64,000 bases of DNA from the NCBI GenBank assembly GCA_034189005.1, contig JAXHVR010000009.1:11413-75412 (forward strand). Direction: 5' to 3'. The position numbers and the translations under genes are program-made. This document shows, piece by piece, positions 1 through 10,600 of this stretch. The stretch is from Cyanobacteriota bacterium (GTDB lineage Bacteria > Cyanobacteriota > Cyanobacteriia > Cyanobacteriales > Microcoleaceae). The notes beneath the pieces are model-generated. The model searched no databases. It worked only from the letters and a program-made list of their open reading frames with translations, and was not told the DNA's origin. Position 1 is the stretch's first letter. Every line of letters starts with the position of its first letter.

Positions 1-105
1 TTCCACCGACCCTCACTACCTTCTGAAAGAGAAGGCCATTATTACCGACATAACTGAGGGCTGATTATCATTTTATGATAGAAAAGTTGATTACCAACCG
101 AGGCC

Positions 106-636
106 ATGACCCAGCTATCAGTATCCGAAAGCGTCAGTTTTGAAGAAGCGATCGCCTTTACCCGAGAATTCCTCTCCCAGATGGAAGCGGGCAAACTCTC
201 AGAAGCAGAAATAGAAACGGCGATCGCCTCCTTAGTTAAAAGTAAAAATGGGGCCAGGGGATTTTTAGTGACCTATTTAACCGACGACCGACCTTTGGCC
301 GACGAACCAACCCCCGCAGTATTTGGGGCCTTAGAAACTGCCCCGGAAACAGTCCCCGAATTATTAGTCAAAAACGTTGCTATGTCGGCGGGCATGGCCG
401 TATATCATCGCCGGAATGGAGACGAAGAGATGGCAGGCAATTCCGAGAGAGTGCGATCGCGCAGCGCCAGTTTGATCCAAAATCTCAAGATTCCGGCCCT
501 CCAAACTACTGCCAAAGAACTCTACAATAGTGCCACTACCGGGGAAGGGGTTTACAAAGAATTTCTCGAACGTTGGGGCTACGACGAGGAACAGCGAAAG
601 GCCATGAGTCAAGCTTTAAAACCGTTGGTAGCGTAA
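106..636 (+). CDS. conserved hypothetical protein (176 aa)
   Basis: Clean ORF with normal composition and no recognisable motif. The antisense ORF 364..612 is a shadow. Confidence 0.55.
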   Translation: MTQLSVSESVSFEEAIAFTREFLSQMEAGKLSEAEIETAIASLVKSKNGARGFLVTYLTDDRPLADEPTPAVFGALETAPETVPELLVKNVAMSAGMAVYHRRNGDEEMAGNSERVRSRSASLIQNLKIPALQTTAKELYNSATTGEGVYKEFLERWGYDEEQRKAMSQALKPLVA

Positions 637-846
637 GGCCCGTTTGTAGTAAGCGCTTTAGCGCTAAAGCCTTTTGTAGTAAGGGCTTTAGCGCTTGAAA
701 TAATCTATTTTTTTAATCGCTAAAGCGATTACTACCAACTATCCCAGTGGAGGTGAAACGTTGCCAGAAAAGAAAGTTCGTTATAGAATCTGACATCAAG
801 CAAATTTGCTTGGCCCCATCTTATTAAAGGAAAACAAAAAATTCCC

Positions 847-1695
847 ATGAAAGAAATTGGCCGCAAGCCAGGTAGGTTTAGTAGTTGGCTGCCCGTTGAA
901 GATCGATGGTGGGTCAACTTTAACCTGCTGTTGACATTAGTACGAAGAGATTTAGAAGCTAGATATAAGGGTTCTATTCTCGGCAACCTGTGGCCATTAA
1001 TCAATCAGCTATCCCAACTCCTGATTTACACTTATGTCTTTTCCATCGTCCTCCAGGTAAAACTAAACCTCCAAGGACTGCCAACTGACAGTAAATTAAC
1101 CTTTGGACTGTGGTTGTTTGCCGGACTCGTACCGTGGTTAGCTTTTACTGGGGGTTTAACTCAGGCTGCTGCTTCGGTAATAGGACAGCCAAACTTGGTT
1201 AAAAAAGTGGTATTTCCTCTATCCTTGCTTCCCTTGGTTCCCATTTTTTCTACCTTCCTAGAAAGCACTTTTGGGTTAATCGCTTTAATAGCAATGGTAG
1301 GGTTATTAACTCACCAATTACATATTACTTTATTGCTGCTACCTTTGGTTTGGTTGCCTCAGCTTTTATTAACAGCAGGACTGGGATATTTTACTTCTGG
1401 CTTAACAGTATTTTTGCGGGATATTCCTCAGAGTTTGGGAGTAATTTTGAACCTATGGTTTTATTTGACTCCTATAGTTTATCCAGTGGATAAAATTCCC
1501 GAAAATTGGCAATTTCTGGTGTTTTGGTGCAATCCTTTAACAGCGATCGCCGAAGTTTATCGCGACCTGATTTTAACAGGAAAAGTGACTCACTGGATGG
1601 AGTTGGGAATTGCTAGCATAACTTCCTGCGTCGTCTTTTACATCGGGTTTCAAGTTTATAAAAAGTTGCGTCCAGCTTTTGCCGACGTCTTATAA
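847..1695 (+). CDS. wzm: ABC-2 type polysaccharide/O-antigen export permease (Wzm-like)
   Basis: 282 aa with about 6 hydrophobic segments. N-terminal LLLTLVRRDLEARYKGSILG motif is typical of Wzm/TagG/KpsM permeases. The ATPase partner lies directly downstream. Confidence 0.85.
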   Translation: MKEIGRKPGRFSSWLPVEDRWWVNFNLLLTLVRRDLEARYKGSILGNLWPLINQLSQLLIYTYVFSIVLQVKLNLQGLPTDSKLTFGLWLFAGLVPWLAFTGGLTQAAASVIGQPNLVKKVVFPLSLLPLVPIFSTFLESTFGLIALIAMVGLLTHQLHITLLLLPLVWLPQLLLTAGLGYFTSGLTVFLRDIPQSLGVILNLWFYLTPIVYPVDKIPENWQFLVFWCNPLTAIAEVYRDLILTGKVTHWMELGIASITSCVVFYIGFQVYKKLRPAFADVL

Positions 1696-1728
1696 CAATT
1701 AATAATTAATAATTAATAATTAACAATT
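1693..1728. repeat. AT-rich heptamer array (TAATAAT/CAATTAA)
   Basis: Period-7 tandem repeat starting at the wzm stop codon. Confidence 0.9.
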
Positions 1729-1846
1729 TGGTAACGGATGAGTTGTTGGTCCCCCCCCATAAATCTAGCTTGTAGTAATCGCTTTAGCGATTTATCTATA
1801 TGAATCGCTAAAGCGATCGCTACGAACGAACGCTGCTACATCTTTA

Positions 1847-1884
1847 CAACTAACAACTGACAACTAACAACTAACAACTAACAA
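1847..1884. repeat. heptamer array (CAACTAA)
   Basis: Period-7 repeat ending 2 nt before the wzt ATG. Confidence 0.9.
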
Positions 1885-1886
1885 GA

Positions 1887-3302
1887 ATGTCAGAAACCAT
1901 AATTTCTCTCCAAAATGTTTGCAAGTGTTTTAAACGGTATGCCCATCCAGCAGACCGTTTAAAAGAGATATTATTTCCGGGAAAAAGTCGGGCGGAAGAA
2001 TTCTGGGCGTTACGAGATATTAATATAGAAGTAAAAAGAGGGCATACTCTGGGAATTGTGGGGCGAAATGGTTCTGGTAAAAGTACCCTTTTGCAAATCA
2101 TTGTCGGAACTTTAACGCCGACAATGGGGGACGTACGAGTTATTGGTAGAATTTCCGCCCTGTTAGAGTTGGGCAGCGGATTTAATCCAGAATTTACTGG
2201 CAGGCAAAATGTCTTTTTTAACGGGCAACTTTTGGGTTTGAATACTCAAGAAATAGAAAAAAGATTCGATAAAATTGCTGGTTTTGCCGATATCGGCGAC
2301 TTTATCGACCAACCGGTAAAAACTTATTCTAGCGGGATGTTTATTCGGTTGGGTTTTGCCGTCGCTACTAGCGTGGATCCTGATATTTTAGTGGTAGATG
2401 AAGCTTTGTCGGTGGGAGATGAGGCTTTTCAGAGAAAGTGTTTTGCCCGCATTCAGGATATCCAAGAAAGGGGCGGGACGATTCTTTTCGTGTCTCATGC
2501 TGCTTCTACGGTGGTACAATTATGCGACTCGGCGATTTTGATGGATAGGGGAGAAATGCTGCTTTACCACAGCCCGAAATTTGTGGTTTCTAAGTATCAA
2601 AAATTGATTTATGCTTTCCCGGATAAAATACCGACTATTAGGGAGGAAATTAGAACTCTTCCTAATTTAACTGCTGATGATTATTCTTTGGGCGAAGATG
2701 CAGAAGAGGAGGAGGAAGAAGAAACTTCGGAATCTAATTCTACAACTGAGGCTGGAAATAATAATTCCAGCCATCCAGAGTCAGATTATGAGGAATATTA
2801 CGATGCCGAAATGATGCCTTCTAATACCATACATTACCCTAATAAGGGGGCGGAAATTATCGACCCTCATGTGATTGCTTTGGATGGTAGAAGGGTCAAT
2901 CATTTAATTAATCGTCGGGAATATATTTACACTTATAAAGTTGCTTTTAGAAATTCGACTTCTAAGGTTAGGTTTGGTATGTTGATTAAAACTTTAAGCG
3001 GGTTTGAGTTGGGAGGTGCTTCTTTACACGGTTACACTAAGTCGATAGACCGGGTTAAAGGTCAACAAACTGTTACTGTTAAGTTTAAGTTTCAATGCAT
3101 TTTAAATCCGGGAGTGTACTTTTTAAATGCTGGAGTGGTGGGAATGTCTGAAGACCATTTAACTTATTTGGCAAGGTGTATCGATGTGGCGATGTTTAGG
3201 GTGCAACATTGTACGGAACATTCCTGCGGTACGGGGGTTGTAGATTTGTTGGTGGAACCTAGTTTGAAGGTTCGCGATGGTTTGCTGGCAATTAATAATT
3301 AA
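1887..3302 (+). CDS. wzt: ABC glycan exporter ATP-binding protein with C-terminal carbohydrate-binding-type domain (Wzt-like)
   Basis: Walker A GRNGSGKST, signature YSSGM, Walker B ILVVDEALS. An acidic/Asn-rich linker (EEEEEEETSESNST) is followed by a ~150-aa beta-rich C-terminal domain as in Wzt_C. The ORF ends ...AINN* inside a heptamer array. Confidence 0.88.
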   Translation: MSETIISLQNVCKCFKRYAHPADRLKEILFPGKSRAEEFWALRDINIEVKRGHTLGIVGRNGSGKSTLLQIIVGTLTPTMGDVRVIGRISALLELGSGFNPEFTGRQNVFFNGQLLGLNTQEIEKRFDKIAGFADIGDFIDQPVKTYSSGMFIRLGFAVATSVDPDILVVDEALSVGDEAFQRKCFARIQDIQERGGTILFVSHAASTVVQLCDSAILMDRGEMLLYHSPKFVVSKYQKLIYAFPDKIPTIREEIRTLPNLTADDYSLGEDAEEEEEEETSESNSTTEAGNNNSSHPESDYEEYYDAEMMPSNTIHYPNKGAEIIDPHVIALDGRRVNHLINRREYIYTYKVAFRNSTSKVRFGMLIKTLSGFELGGASLHGYTKSIDRVKGQQTVTVKFKFQCILNPGVYFLNAGVVGMSEDHLTYLARCIDVAMFRVQHCTEHSCGTGVVDLLVEPSLKVRDGLLAINN

Positions 3303-3323
3303 TAATTAATAATTAATAATTAA
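3291..3323. repeat. heptamer array (TAATAAT) containing the wzt stop
   Basis: Period-7 repeat. Confidence 0.9.
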
Positions 3324-3390
3324 GCGGATAACAGGCAAGATGCAATTAACAGATAACAGGCAAGATGCCTGTTCTACAATTAACCATAAA

Positions 3391-3462
3391 AATCGCTGAA
3401 GCGATTACTACGAACTAAATTAATAATTAACCATAAAAATCGCTGAAGCGATTACTACGAAC
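3391..3462. repeat. two AATCGCTGAAGCGATTACTACGAAC hairpins as a 47-bp tandem duplication
   Basis: Copies at 3391 and 3438. Family members also at 642-736, 1769-1827, 17787-17848, 18744-18768 and 42912-42944. Confidence 0.9.
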
Positions 3463-3502
3463 TAAATTAATAATTAACCATAAAAAATTTACCATAAAAA
3501 AA

Positions 3503-4633
3503 ATGATAGTTGAGGCGGACGAAAGGATAGTTAAAAGTTGGTTGGAAGAGCAAACTAGGTATCCTCAAGATTTTAAGACTAATATCTCGGAAGCTGATGA
3601 GATGTTTTTATATGCTTTGCAGAATTTGGGCGATCGCGATCGCGCTACTATTCGTTATTATTTCATCGGTAAAAGAATACTTGATGCGGTAAAACAAGTT
3701 CTTAATTGGCACTTTGAGAAAACACAAATATCCTCTTTTCTCGATTTTGCTTGCGGTTACGGTAGGTTTACTCGCTATTTAATTCAGGAGTTGCCCCCAG
3801 AGAAAGTTTGGGTAGCGGATATTTACGCCGAGGCGGTGAATTTTCAACGGGAATATTTGGGGGTTAATGGCATTGTTTCGACGGTTGAACCGGAAGACTT
3901 TTCCCTGGAAAATAAGTTTGATTGTATTTTAGCTTGTTCCTTTTTTAGTCATATTCCCGAGAGAAGATTTGCCAGTTGGATGCAAAAGTTGTACGATTTG
4001 TTAACAAATGTAGGGGTGTTAATGTTTAGCGTCCACGATGAGGCGCTTTTGCCTTCTAATGTGGAAATAGGAAGTGGGGGAATTTTGTTTTCCCCTGCCA
4101 GCGAAAGTCGGTTTTTGGATAAGGAGGAATACGGCACTACTTTTGTTAATGAAGCATTTGTTAGGAAAGTAGTAGCATCGGTAAGCGAAGGCCAAGCATT
4201 TATTTGCCGCATAAAAGAGGGTATTTGCGGGGCTCAAGATTTGTATTTAGTAAGCAAAAAACCTTTCAAAGATTTGGATAGTTTTAATTTTCGATACCAT
4301 CCTAAAGCTGGTTTGGAGTATTGTCAGGCGATCGCTGACGATCGTATCCGTTTGAAGGGCTGGGCGATCGATCTCAACCCACAGGGTAAAATAGATGATA
4401 TTTTAATTGTTGTCAATGGCCAAATAGTTGAAAAATGCCAGCCAAGCTATTCGCGACCAGATCTGGCTGAAAGATTTCCAAATTCTGAGTTATTGAATTG
4501 CGGTTGGTCTTGCGATTTTGCCACGGATAAAGTATCCTTGGATGATGTTATTTCTATTAAGGCAGTTAATAATTATGGCTTGGAATGGATTATGGAGGTT
4601 AATACTCTAAAACAATTAACAACTAACAATTAA
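3503..4633 (+). CDS. class I SAM-dependent methyltransferase with C-terminal GW/RPD beta-module
   Basis: Motif I LDFACGYGRFTRYL. The C-terminal ~100 aa (RLKGWAID...SRPDLAERFP...GW) recurs in other proteins of the locus. Confidence 0.8.
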   Translation: MIVEADERIVKSWLEEQTRYPQDFKTNISEADEMFLYALQNLGDRDRATIRYYFIGKRILDAVKQVLNWHFEKTQISSFLDFACGYGRFTRYLIQELPPEKVWVADIYAEAVNFQREYLGVNGIVSTVEPEDFSLENKFDCILACSFFSHIPERRFASWMQKLYDLLTNVGVLMFSVHDEALLPSNVEIGSGGILFSPASESRFLDKEEYGTTFVNEAFVRKVVASVSEGQAFICRIKEGICGAQDLYLVSKKPFKDLDSFNFRYHPKAGLEYCQAIADDRIRLKGWAIDLNPQGKIDDILIVVNGQIVEKCQPSYSRPDLAERFPNSELLNCGWSCDFATDKVSLDDVISIKAVNNYGLEWIMEVNTLKQLTTNN

Positions 4634-4658
4634 TAATTAACAATTAACAATTAACAAT
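4611..4658. repeat. heptamer array (CAATTAA/CAACTAA/TAATAAT mix) spanning a stop codon and ending at the next ATG
   Basis: Period-7 repeat between 3503..4633 and 4662..10895. Confidence 0.9.
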
Positions 4659-4661
4659 TTT

Positions 4662-7600
4662 ATGAATGCAAAAAATAGTAATAGTAAAAACCATAAAGCT
4701 TTTTTGATTTCTGGGATGCATCGTTCCGGTACTTCTTTGACAGCTTCTTTGCTGCAAAAGGCGGGGATTAATATTGGTAAAAAATTAGTGGGGCCGGAAT
4801 ATGGAAATATTAAGGGTCATTTTGAGAACATAGATTTTGTCAAATATCATCAGGAAATATTGCGATCGCAAAATATTGATGACTTGGGCAGCAACCTTTT
4901 AGACGAACAAGAAATTGTAATTGGAGAAAAGGAGAAAAAAAGAGGAAGACAGTTAATTAAAAAGCATCAAAAAGGTAAGGATTTGTGGGGGTGGAAAGAC
5001 CCTAGAACTACATTATTTTTGGATTTGTGGTTGGAATTACTGCCGTACGCAAACTTTATTTTTATCTTCCGATCGCCCTGGGAAGTAGTTGACTCTCTCT
5101 ATCGGCGATCGACGGATGAAAACTTGGTAGAATCTCCAGAGGTTGCCGTGAAAATGTGGCAGCTTTATAACCGCAGAATATTGAAATTTAATCAAAACTT
5201 ACCAGACCGATGCCTGATAGCTAACGTGGATAAGGTGGGTAAAAATCCTGAAGGTTTTATTAAAGCAATTAACGATAAATTTAATCTAAATTTAACAGCA
5301 CCATCGGAGGAAAACTTTGATGAATCTTTATTAATTAAAAATATAGAAAATACTCATCGCCCCTGGTTGATAGAGAAAAACTATCCCCAAACTTTAGAAA
5401 TTTATCGGCAGCTAAAAGCAGCGGCGATCGAAATCGAACCAGCGGACGATGGCGAAGAAAAAATTAGCGCCCCAACTTCAGAAAATTGGGCGTTTAGAGA
5501 TTGGTTCGACGTCCGCAGTTTAGAAAAACAAGCTCAGATTCTAGAATTAGAAGCTTTGCAATTACATAAAGATGTCGAAGACTGGCATAAATTATTTGAA
5601 GAAGCGCAAGAAAGAGCGATCGCCCTAGAAGCGGCATTAGGAGAAACGGAACTAAAACTAGACGGCAAAGAACTAAAACTACAAGAATCTTCAGAGAAAT
5701 TAGAAGGACTAGAAGCGGAACTCGGAGAAGCCCAAACACAGTTAGACGGTACTAAAGTTAAATTATTAGAATCTCAAACCAAAGTAGCAACTTTAGAAAG
5801 AAAACTCGGACAAACCCAAGCACAATTAGACGGTACCCAGGTCAAACTTATAGACTCCCAGAAAAAAGTCCTGGGATTAGAAACAGATTTAGGGCAAACT
5901 CAAGCCAGACTGGAAGGTTCTGAAACTCGCTTTCAAGAATCTTTAACTAAACTTGTGGGACTAGAAACTAAACTCGGTCAAACCGAGGTGCAATTAGAAG
6001 GGACTAAAACCAAATTACATCAGTCTCAGAAGCTTTTGTTAGGACTGGAAACAGAATTAGGACACGCTCAAATTCAGTTGAATACTACTCAATTGAAATT
6101 AGAAGAGTCCCAGAAGAAAATACAGGGTTTAGAGAAAGAATTGGGAGACACTCAGTTGCGACTGGATGGTTCTCAAGCACAAATAAAAGAGTCCCAGGCA
6201 AAAATAGGAGAGTTAGAAGGGGAACTGGGAGAAACCCAACAGCGACTGGATGGTTCTCAAGCACAAATAAAAGAGTCCCAGGCAAAAATAGGAGAATTAG
6301 AAGGGGAACTGGGGCAAACCCAACAGCGACTGGATGGTTCTCAAGGACAAATAAAAGAGTCCCAGGCAAAAATAGGAGAGTTAGAAGGGGAACTGGGAGA
6401 AACTCAGTTGCGACTGGATGGCAGTCAAAACCAATTAAAACAATCTCAATCAAAAATAGGGGAGTTAGAAGGGGAACTGGGGCAAACCCAACAGCGACTC
6501 AACGGCACTCAAGTCAAATTAGATGAGTCCCAGGGGAAAATACAGGTATTAGAAACGGAACTGGGGCAGACTCAACAACAACTACAGGGGACTCAGGCAC
6601 AACTGGGGCAAACTCAAGCAGAATTAACTCAAACCCAGACTGCCCTCGGTCAAACTCAAAGCGCCCTAAGCCAAACCCAGACATTATTAGGAGAAACTCA
6701 GACGGTTTTGGTGCAAACCGAGGTGACTCTGGGGCAAACTCAGGCAGAATTAATCGCCCAACGGCAGGAAACTCAAGAACTGCGGGAAGAAATTTTAGCC
6801 ATGAGATCTTCCAAGTTCTGGAAACTGCGGGAGAAATGGTTTAATTTCAAACGGAGACTGCGGGGGTTGCGATATTGCATCCGCAAGGCTTCGCCAACGC
6901 GCTTTGTCTTCTCCCTCGACACTCCCACCAGTTGGGAAATTTCCAGCCCTCAATTAGAAGTAGTTGGCTGGTGTTTTGCGCAGGGCGCAAACTTATTTAA
7001 CAACAATAACGGAAATCTTGAAGTGGATGCCATCCGCGCCCGCATCGCAGACCGAACCTTTGACGGCAGCTACGGCATCGAACGCCTCGACGTCGCCCAA
7101 AAACACGACCATACCCCCGCCGCCCAAAATTCGGGCTTCCAAATTCAACTGGAACTACCCCCAGGACGGCATCAACTGGTACTAGAAGCAAAAGATAGGA
7201 AGGATAAATGGCATAGCATCGCCTCCTATCCCATCATCGTTTCCACGGTTCAAGCAAACTTCGATGCCCCGGCAACCTTCGAACAACGGGAAGGAATGGT
7301 GTTATTTGCCGGCTGGTGTTGCCATCCAGAGAAGAAAATTTCCAAATTAACCCTGCGTTGCGGCGATGTTTCTATCGACTGCGCCTACGGTTTGCGTCGC
7401 AAAGATGTCGCCGAAGCTTTCCCACAATGGGTTGGCAGTTTGGATAGCGGTTTCGAGGCAACTGTAGAGTTACCGCCGGGAGAATGGCCGCTAATTTTAG
7501 AGGCAACTTTAGATACCGGGGAAATTGTCGGTTTTCAATGCCAGAATAGTTTGAAAGTCCGCCGCTACGGCGTTTTAGACCGCGCTAAAGACAAGCGCCT

Positions 7601-10600
7601 GGAGTTGTTGCAGCTTGGGGCTGCGGTTCGCAAGCGCGCCGCTGAGAGGAAACAGCGTTTGGGGCGGATCGTACCTTTGCCCTGGGAGTTGCCCCGCGTC
7701 GCCCGCCGGGTTATCGAGATGTATCGGGAACAAAAAAGTTTTGGGGAGTTGTCGCCGCCGGCTGGTTTTCTGATGCCGGTGTCGGTGGAACCTTACGAAG
7801 CTTGGTTGGAGGTGAATAAATGGGGCGATCGCGCTTTCGATCGTCTGACATCTCGCTTGGAAGGGGCGGCGGCGGATAGTTTGCCGAAAATTTCCGTGGT
7901 GATGCCGGTTTATAACCCGCCAGTGGAGTTTTTACGGGAGGCGATCGCCAGCGTAACCAACCAAGTTTACCAAAACTGGGAACTCTGCATCGCCGACGAC
8001 TGCAGTACCGACCCGGAAATTCGCCAAATTTTAAGCGAGTTGGCAGCGGACGATCCAGCCGACGACGACCGTAGAACAGGCGTCTCGCCTGTTCCAGCAG
8101 AAAGCGACGACCGTAGAACAGGCGTCTCGCCTGTTCCAGCAGACCCTCGCATCAAAATAAAATTTCGCGAAGAAAACGGCAACATCAGCGCCGCGACCAA
8201 CACCGCCGCCTCTCTGGCGACGGGAGACTTTATTCTATTCCTAGACAACGACGACGAACTAACTCCCGACGCCCTAGCAGAAGTCGCCCTCTATCTGGCA
8301 GAACATCCAGAAACCGACTTCCTCTATTCCGACGACGACAAGATCGATACGGAAGGCGATCGCTTCGACCCTCAATTCAAACCCGAATGGTCTCCAGAGT
8401 TGCTTCTATCCTTCATGTACATGGGGCATCTCTGCGCGGTTCGCCGAGAAATCTTTGAAAAAGTCGGAGGTTTGCGAGTCGGTTACGAAGGTTCCCAAGA
8501 CTACGACTTCGCCCTCCGGGCAACGGAAGTTTCCCGCAAAGTTGCCCATTTACCGTTAATCTTGTACCACTGGCGAACCGCCCCCGGTTCCACTGCCGTT
8601 TCCGGCGGCGAAAAACCTGCCAGTTTTGCAGCGGGGCGGCAGGCGGTACAAGATGCCTTGGATCGTCGCGGGGTTTCGGGGAAAGTAGATCGACCGGACT
8701 GGGCGATCGCTGAGAATTTGGGAATTTTTGCCCCGGAGTTTCCCCAGACCGGCCCTTCGGTGACGATTATTATTCCTACTAAAAATCAACTCCATTTTAT
8801 CAAGGGTTGTCTGGAGTCTCTGGAGAAGACTTCTTATCAGAATTATCGGGTTTTTGTCATCGATAATGAAAGCGACGATCCGAAAACTTTGGAGTATTTG
8901 GAAGGTGTTGGAGGATCCCCCCCTGCCCCCCTTGAAAAGGGGGGAGAAAGAAAGGTTGGAAAAGCGGGAGAAGTACGGGTTTTAAAAATACCTAATGAGG
9001 GGGGGAAATTTAATTTTGCCGCCATTAATAACCGCGCTGTCGAACAAGCAGAAACAGATTATATTCTATTTCTTAATAACGACACGGAAATTATTACCGA
9101 AAATTGGTTGAGTCAGATGGTTGGTTACGCCCAACTCCCCGGAGTCGGTGCCGTTGGGGCGAAGCTGATTTATCCAGACGGACGGATCCAACACGCGGGA
9201 ATAATTCACGGTTTGCATCACGGTCTGGCGGGTCATGCTTTTAAGTTAATGCCTTCGGAAAATCGCGGTTATTTGTCTCAAGCTGCGGTAGGGAGAAATT
9301 ATTCGGCGGTGACTGCTGCTTGTATGTTAACTCATAGGGAATTGTTTTTAGAAATGGGCGGTTTTGACGAGGAGAAATTCGCCGTTGCTTATAACGATGC
9401 GGACTACGGTTATCGACTTTTAGAAAAAGGTTATCGTTCGGTTTATTGCCCCGAAGCGGAGTTAATTCATCGGGAAGGAACCAGTCGCGGTTTTGTGGAT
9501 AATCCCCGGGAGGAAGCAATTTTTCGCCGCCGCTATGCCGAGATGGTAGATAAGTTTTATAGTCCCCATTTCTCTCTGGCAAATGAGTTATTCGAGGTTC
9601 AACCTCGGCGCTATTTTCTATCCCCCCCAACTCCCCTTGGAAAAGAGGAAGACCGTAGAACAGGCATCTTGCCTGTTGATGATGCGGAACAAGAAACCCG
9701 GTTTTTTGGAAAAACCGGGTTTCTGGGGGGGAGGAAAATTACATTATTAATGTGCAGTAATTCTTTAGATTTTACTGGGGCGCCTTTACATCAATACGAA
9801 ATTGCAGTTCAACTAGCTTCTGAAGGAATAGTTAAACCCATAATATTTTCTCCCACGGAAGGTCCGTTGCGTAAGGTTTACGAGGAGAAAAATATTGAAG
9901 TAATAGTGTTAGATAATCCCCTGGAACATATTTATCAACGGGATGATTACGATGCCGCATTGGAAAGCTTTGCTAAAGAAATAGAAGGGCTAAATGCTGA
10001 CGTAATTTATGCTAATACTTTAGAGAACTTTTTCCTAATAGATATTGCCCAGATGCTAAATATTCCTAGCGTTTGGAACGTTCACGAAAGCGAACCTTGG
10101 CAAACTTATTTTAATCGCTTCGGACCGGAAATAGCGACTCGCGCTTTGGAATGTTTCCGCTATCCTTATCGGATTATTTTTGTGGCGGATGCGACGCGGG
10201 ATAAATATTTACCTCTCAACAGTCACCATAATTTTACGGCAATTCATAACGGTTTGGATTTGGAATTGTTGAAAAGTTCGGCTAAGAAATGGTCTCCAGA
10301 GGAGGCGAGGGCGGCTTTGGGAGTTAATTCCGATGAGATTGTTTTGTTAATTTTGGGGACGGTTTGCGAAAGAAAAGGTCAAGAAGATTTGGTTAAAGCA
10401 ATACCTTATATTGGGGCGGAATGGGTAGGTAAAATTAAGTGTTTTATTGTAGGCGATCGCCCCAGTTTATATAGCAGTCAATTATCTGCTTTGGTGGCGG
10501 GTTTACCAGAGGAGTTAAAAGGGCGCATAGAAATAGTTCCAGAAACTCCCGATACTGCCAAATATTATCAAGCAGCAGATATCTTCGTTTGTACTTCGCG

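Noticed and set aside
6085-6453. 122-aa minus-strand ORF and other antisense ORFs within the coiled-coil repeat region
   Set aside because: It is a repetitive antisense reading of the 84-bp tandem units (repeated LPGTLLFVLENHPVA). It is an artefact of the repeat periodicity.
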